A DNA stretch of 63,617 nt, the filler included, from Asterionella formosa (taxonomy: Eukaryota): assembly GCA_002256025.1 (NCBI GenBank). It is 20 parts of 20 records of this genome, joined end to end, with 100 filler letters (N's around TTAATTAATTAA, not from the genome) between each part and the next. Parts side by side here need not be neighbours in the genome. Positions count along the whole stretch, not along the records: positions 62,391 to 63,617 come from NKIB01003550.1; 19 more parts are not named here. The stretch is one strand, 5' to 3'. The first letter of the stretch is position 1. Every line of letters starts with the position of its first letter. The notes beneath the pieces are model-generated. The model searched no databases, had not been told where the DNA came from, and saw nothing but the letters and a program-made list of their open reading frames with translations. The position numbers and the translations under genes were made by a program. Below are positions 63,548 to 63,617 of the stretch, one piece after another.

Positions 63548-63617
63548 CACGAAATAAATTTAATGTAGACAAATATATATTTTATTCATTATTTGGATTT
63601 AATCTGATGTTTCACCT

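Overview
Eukaryotic DNA, most likely from a diatom (stramenopile). The evidence is short GT-AG introns, a bipartite plastid-targeting (ASAF) protein, a mitochondrion-targeted PGK, a class C GPCR and diatom-style Copia elements. The window is not contiguous: two ~19.8 kb contigs (1-19801, 19902-39697) and about 18 contigs of ~1.2 kb are joined by artificial N44-TTAATTAATTAA-N44 linkers. Contig 1 carries ordinary host genes: F-box/ApaG, class C GPCR, P450, PGK, an atypical Hsp70, proteasome alpha-4 and a plastid protein. Contig 2 carries a sulfotransferase-like gene, decayed Copia pieces and a ~12 kb decayed multi-gene element built around a Plavaka-like (CMC/EnSpm-related) transposase; diverged copies of parts of this element recur in five small contigs. 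The small contigs are mostly TE fragments (Copia, Gypsy, PIF/Harbinger, a second Plavaka-like family), hairpins, satellites and partial host genes, including a PGRL1 fragment missed by the ORF track. The most striking observation comes from aligning copies of the large element: TA dinucleotides have repeatedly become TA-CCGG-TA, TA-CCAGG-TA or TA-CTGG-TA through 6-7 bp insertions, and the same palindromic motifs pile up upstream of host genes. This suggests a widespread footprint-generating process. All assignments are by eye, with no database searches.
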